From IMG/VR virus record IMGVR_UViG_3300031625_000002, positions 1 to 64,000 of that record: a stretch of 64,000 nucleotides of DNA. One strand, 5' to 3'. Positions 61,614 to 64,000 of the stretch are shown one piece after another. The position numbers and the translations under genes are program-made. The notes under the pieces are model-generated. The model worked only from the letters and a program-made list of their open reading frames with translations. It ran no database searches and was not told the origin of the DNA. Source of the DNA: an uncultured virus (IMG/VR IMGVR_UViG_3300031625_000002). Lineage: Duplodnaviria > Heunggongvirae > Uroviricota > Caudoviricetes. Position 1 is the stretch's first letter. Each line of letters starts with the position of its first letter.

Positions 61614-61683
61614 TTGGTTATCTGATAACCACTTGAAATTTTCTGAAACCATGTTATGATAATAAGGTAACAGGAGGATCAGG

Positions 61684-62025
61684 ATGGGTAAAGGTAAAAA
61701 AGAAATCAGGTGATTATTCCGGTCTTCGGTATTTAAGCGTGACGACTATACATGTGTATGTTGCAAGGTCATTGGGGATGTAGACGCACATCATATTATA
61801 GATCGGAATCACTTTCCTGACGGCGGTTATGTCATAGACAACGGGATTACCCCATGTCCAGATTGTCACATCTTGGCAGAAGTTTATCACGATGGCGATG
61901 GCAGGGAGTATTCAGAAGGGAAGCACCCTCTCGACTTGTTAAAGGCAATAGGGTCTTCATTTATAGACAACCCACCGTGTTCATGTAACAACTGTGTTGT
62001 TTGTGATCACTTTATAAGAAAGTGA
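61684..62025 (+). pseudogene. HNH endonuclease with in-frame TGA at 61711
   Basis: VFKRDDYTCVCC, DAHHI, NGIT.CPDCH; RBS GGAGG. Confidence 0.7.
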
Positions 62026-62032
62026 GGCTTAC

Positions 62033-64000
62033 ATGAAAAAAATTAATCGTGACGAGTTGATCGGTAAGATTAAGGAAAGAGAGTCGAAGCTTGAAAACGC
62101 TTCGATTGAACTCAAAAAACATTTCGTTGGTCTTAATCCAACAATCGATGAAATAATCGATTCAATAAGAGTCTGGTACATTATGCCAGAAATTATCACA
62201 CATCCGGTAATCGTAAATCTTTGGGGAATGACTGGAGTTGGGAAAACCGATTTGATTCGTCGCCTTGTACAGCTTCTTGATCTTAGTGATCGTTTTCTTG
62301 AAATGCCAATGGACATTGAAGACACAAGTAACTTCCACTGGCACAGTTCAATTCAAGGTGTTCTTGGATGTAGCAGTCTTGAGCCCGAAACTCCAGGCGT
62401 TGTTCTCTTTGACGAATTCCAACGTTATCGCACCATTGACGAGCATGGCCATGAGCGTACCGATCTTAAGAGGTTTCAAGATATTTGGACCCTTCTTAGC
62501 GATGGAAAGTTTTCAAACTCCGGCAAGGGTAAGAATGAGATCCTTGAGATGTTAATGGACACTCTTTATTATGAAGAGAGAAGTGGAGACGACGACGCCG
62601 ATGTAGAGCCCCCTATTGAACATGGTAATTTGACAACTAAGAGTAAGAACAAGAAAAATAAGGAAGTCAGCACTAAGAAGCGCTTTAGCTTCAGTTTCTA
62701 TTCTGCCAAATCATTAAAGAAGACTCTCAGAATCCCTGACACCATTGAAACCATAATGAAATGGACCGCCGAAACCAAAAAGAAGAAAATCATGGAGGCA
62801 ATGGAAAGAGATGATATCCTTCATGGTGAAAGCTATTCCCAACTTTTGATTTTCATTTGTGGTAATCTTGATTCTGCATTCTGGATGGCCTCCCGCGCTG
62901 AAGATGCAGATACCGATGCAGATATCTTGCACAAGCGAAGTCTTGATATTAACACAATAGATATCCGCACTTCATTGAAAACGAGATTCAGGTATGAACA
63001 GATTGCCCGACTTGGCAATACTCATATCATTTATCCGTGCTTGTCTTCAAAATCTTACCGGGAACTTATTTCTAGAAAGATCATAGACGCAACCAATAGT
63101 TTTAAGGCAAGCACCGACATTGACATCAAAGTTGATCGTTCGGTAAACAATGTGATATACAGAAATGGGGTGTTCCCCGCTCAAGGTGTAAGGCCAGTAT
63201 TTAGTACGATCAACAGTTTGTTTACAACTTCAATGCCACCATTTATCATGGCGGCGCTCTTAGAAGACTGTAATCAAATTGACGTATCCTTCAAAGACAA
63301 CAAAATGGTTTGTAAAATACGCGATCAAAATCTCAGTAAGAAGGTGACCTGTAGTATTGACAATATTAAGGGCAAGACTTCTGAGGAACAAAAGCATCTC
63401 GTGGCGTTGCACGAAGCTTCACATGCTGTTGTTTATATGTTGAAGTTTGGCGTTGCGCCATGTCAGATTAAAAGTAATATATCAATGTTCTCTGGCGGCT
63501 TTGTAATGCCACACTCTATGTTAGAGTCAAAGAATATCTTGATAAGCTTGATTCAGGTTTATCTTGCTGGCCGTCTCGGTGAAATCGCATTTTTTGGTGA
63601 CGGGATGACCTCGTCAGGGTGCGCTTCCGATCTTATGGAAGCAACTAAGTTGGCCAGTAAAATGCTCCGTCGTTACGGCATGGGTGATAGCTTGTCAGTT
63701 GTTGTGACATCTAACTTTGAAGATGCCAGTCTTCTTAATCTTGATGTTGACGGAACAAACAAAGATATTGATTTGATACTTGACAATCGAGCCAAGGAAA
63801 CGTCTATTATCATTAACGAAAATTTATCCTTCATTGGCGCAATCGCTGATGAATTGATGAGAAAGAATGGTGAGATGACAGATAAAGAGGTCGCTAAAAT
63901 AGCCGAAGAGTTTTGTGAAAATAAAATTGAGTGTCTCCCAGCTGATCATAAAATCACTGAGAGTTATGTTGATAAGTATAATGAGAGGCGAACGGATGAA
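62033..64000 (+). CDS. AAA+ ATPase fused to M41 (FtsH-type) peptidase domain, runs off window end
   Basis: Walker A GMTGVGKT, Walker B LFDEFQ, HEASH, LAGR.GE, G..SD...AT. Confidence 0.85.
   Translation, partial: MKKINRDELIGKIKERESKLENASIELKKHFVGLNPTIDEIIDSIRVWYIMPEIITHPVIVNLWGMTGVGKTDLIRRLVQLLDLSDRFLEMPMDIEDTSNFHWHSSIQGVLGCSSLEPETPGVVLFDEFQRYRTIDEHGHERTDLKRFQDIWTLLSDGKFSNSGKGKNEILEMLMDTLYYEERSGDDDADVEPPIEHGNLTTKSKNKKNKEVSTKKRFSFSFYSAKSLKKTLRIPDTIETIMKWTAETKKKKIMEAMERDDILHGESYSQLLIFICGNLDSAFWMASRAEDADTDADILHKRSLDINTIDIRTSLKTRFRYEQIARLGNTHIIYPCLSSKSYRELISRKIIDATNSFKASTDIDIKVDRSVNNVIYRNGVFPAQGVRPVFSTINSLFTTSMPPFIMAALLEDCNQIDVSFKDNKMVCKIRDQNLSKKVTCSIDNIKGKTSEEQKHLVALHEASHAVVYMLKFGVAPCQIKSNISMFSGGFVMPHSMLESKNILISLIQVYLAGRLGEIAFFGDGMTSSGCASDLMEATKLASKMLRRYGMGDSLSVVVTSNFEDASLLNLDVDGTNKDIDLILDNRAKETSIIINENLSFIGAIADELMRKNGEMTDKEVAKIAEEFCENKIECLPADHKITESYVDKYNERRTDE

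Noticed and set aside
1..64000. Genome-wide stop-codon reassignment
   Set aside because: Long conserved genes are intact in code 11 and end in TAG (nrdJ) or TGA (pncB, nadE); only two isolated internal stops were seen

Overview
AT-rich segment of what is most likely a large (jumbo-type) tailed bacteriophage genome, genetic code 11, mostly + strand. It holds a partly decaying tRNA cluster invaded by HNH genes (0.6-7.6 kb) and nucleotide-metabolism genes (ThyX, dUTPase, NT5C, GuaB/GuaC-like, PRTase, class II RNR, thioredoxin). Translation and RNA-repair genes include EF-Ts, a Thg1-like protein and an Rnl2 RNA ligase. A late/virion block (16-27 kb) is built from a repeated cap plus beta-helix module. 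Other genes: a papain-like protease, an McsA/McsB-like pair whose McsB lacks catalytic motifs, ClpP, an AAA+/M41 protease, NAD ligase, PncB and NadE, and a volactin-like actin. The 54.3-59.5 kb region is rich in structured RNA: a 23S rRNA H43/H44 (L11-binding) mimic with a ~100-nt insertion, an unidentified ~830-nt RNA region, a GOLLD-like RNA with an embedded tRNA(CAT), and two covarying hairpin RNAs ahead of a 684-aa TerD-related gene. Two promoter classes are visible. All family calls come from motif recognition by eye; no database search was run.
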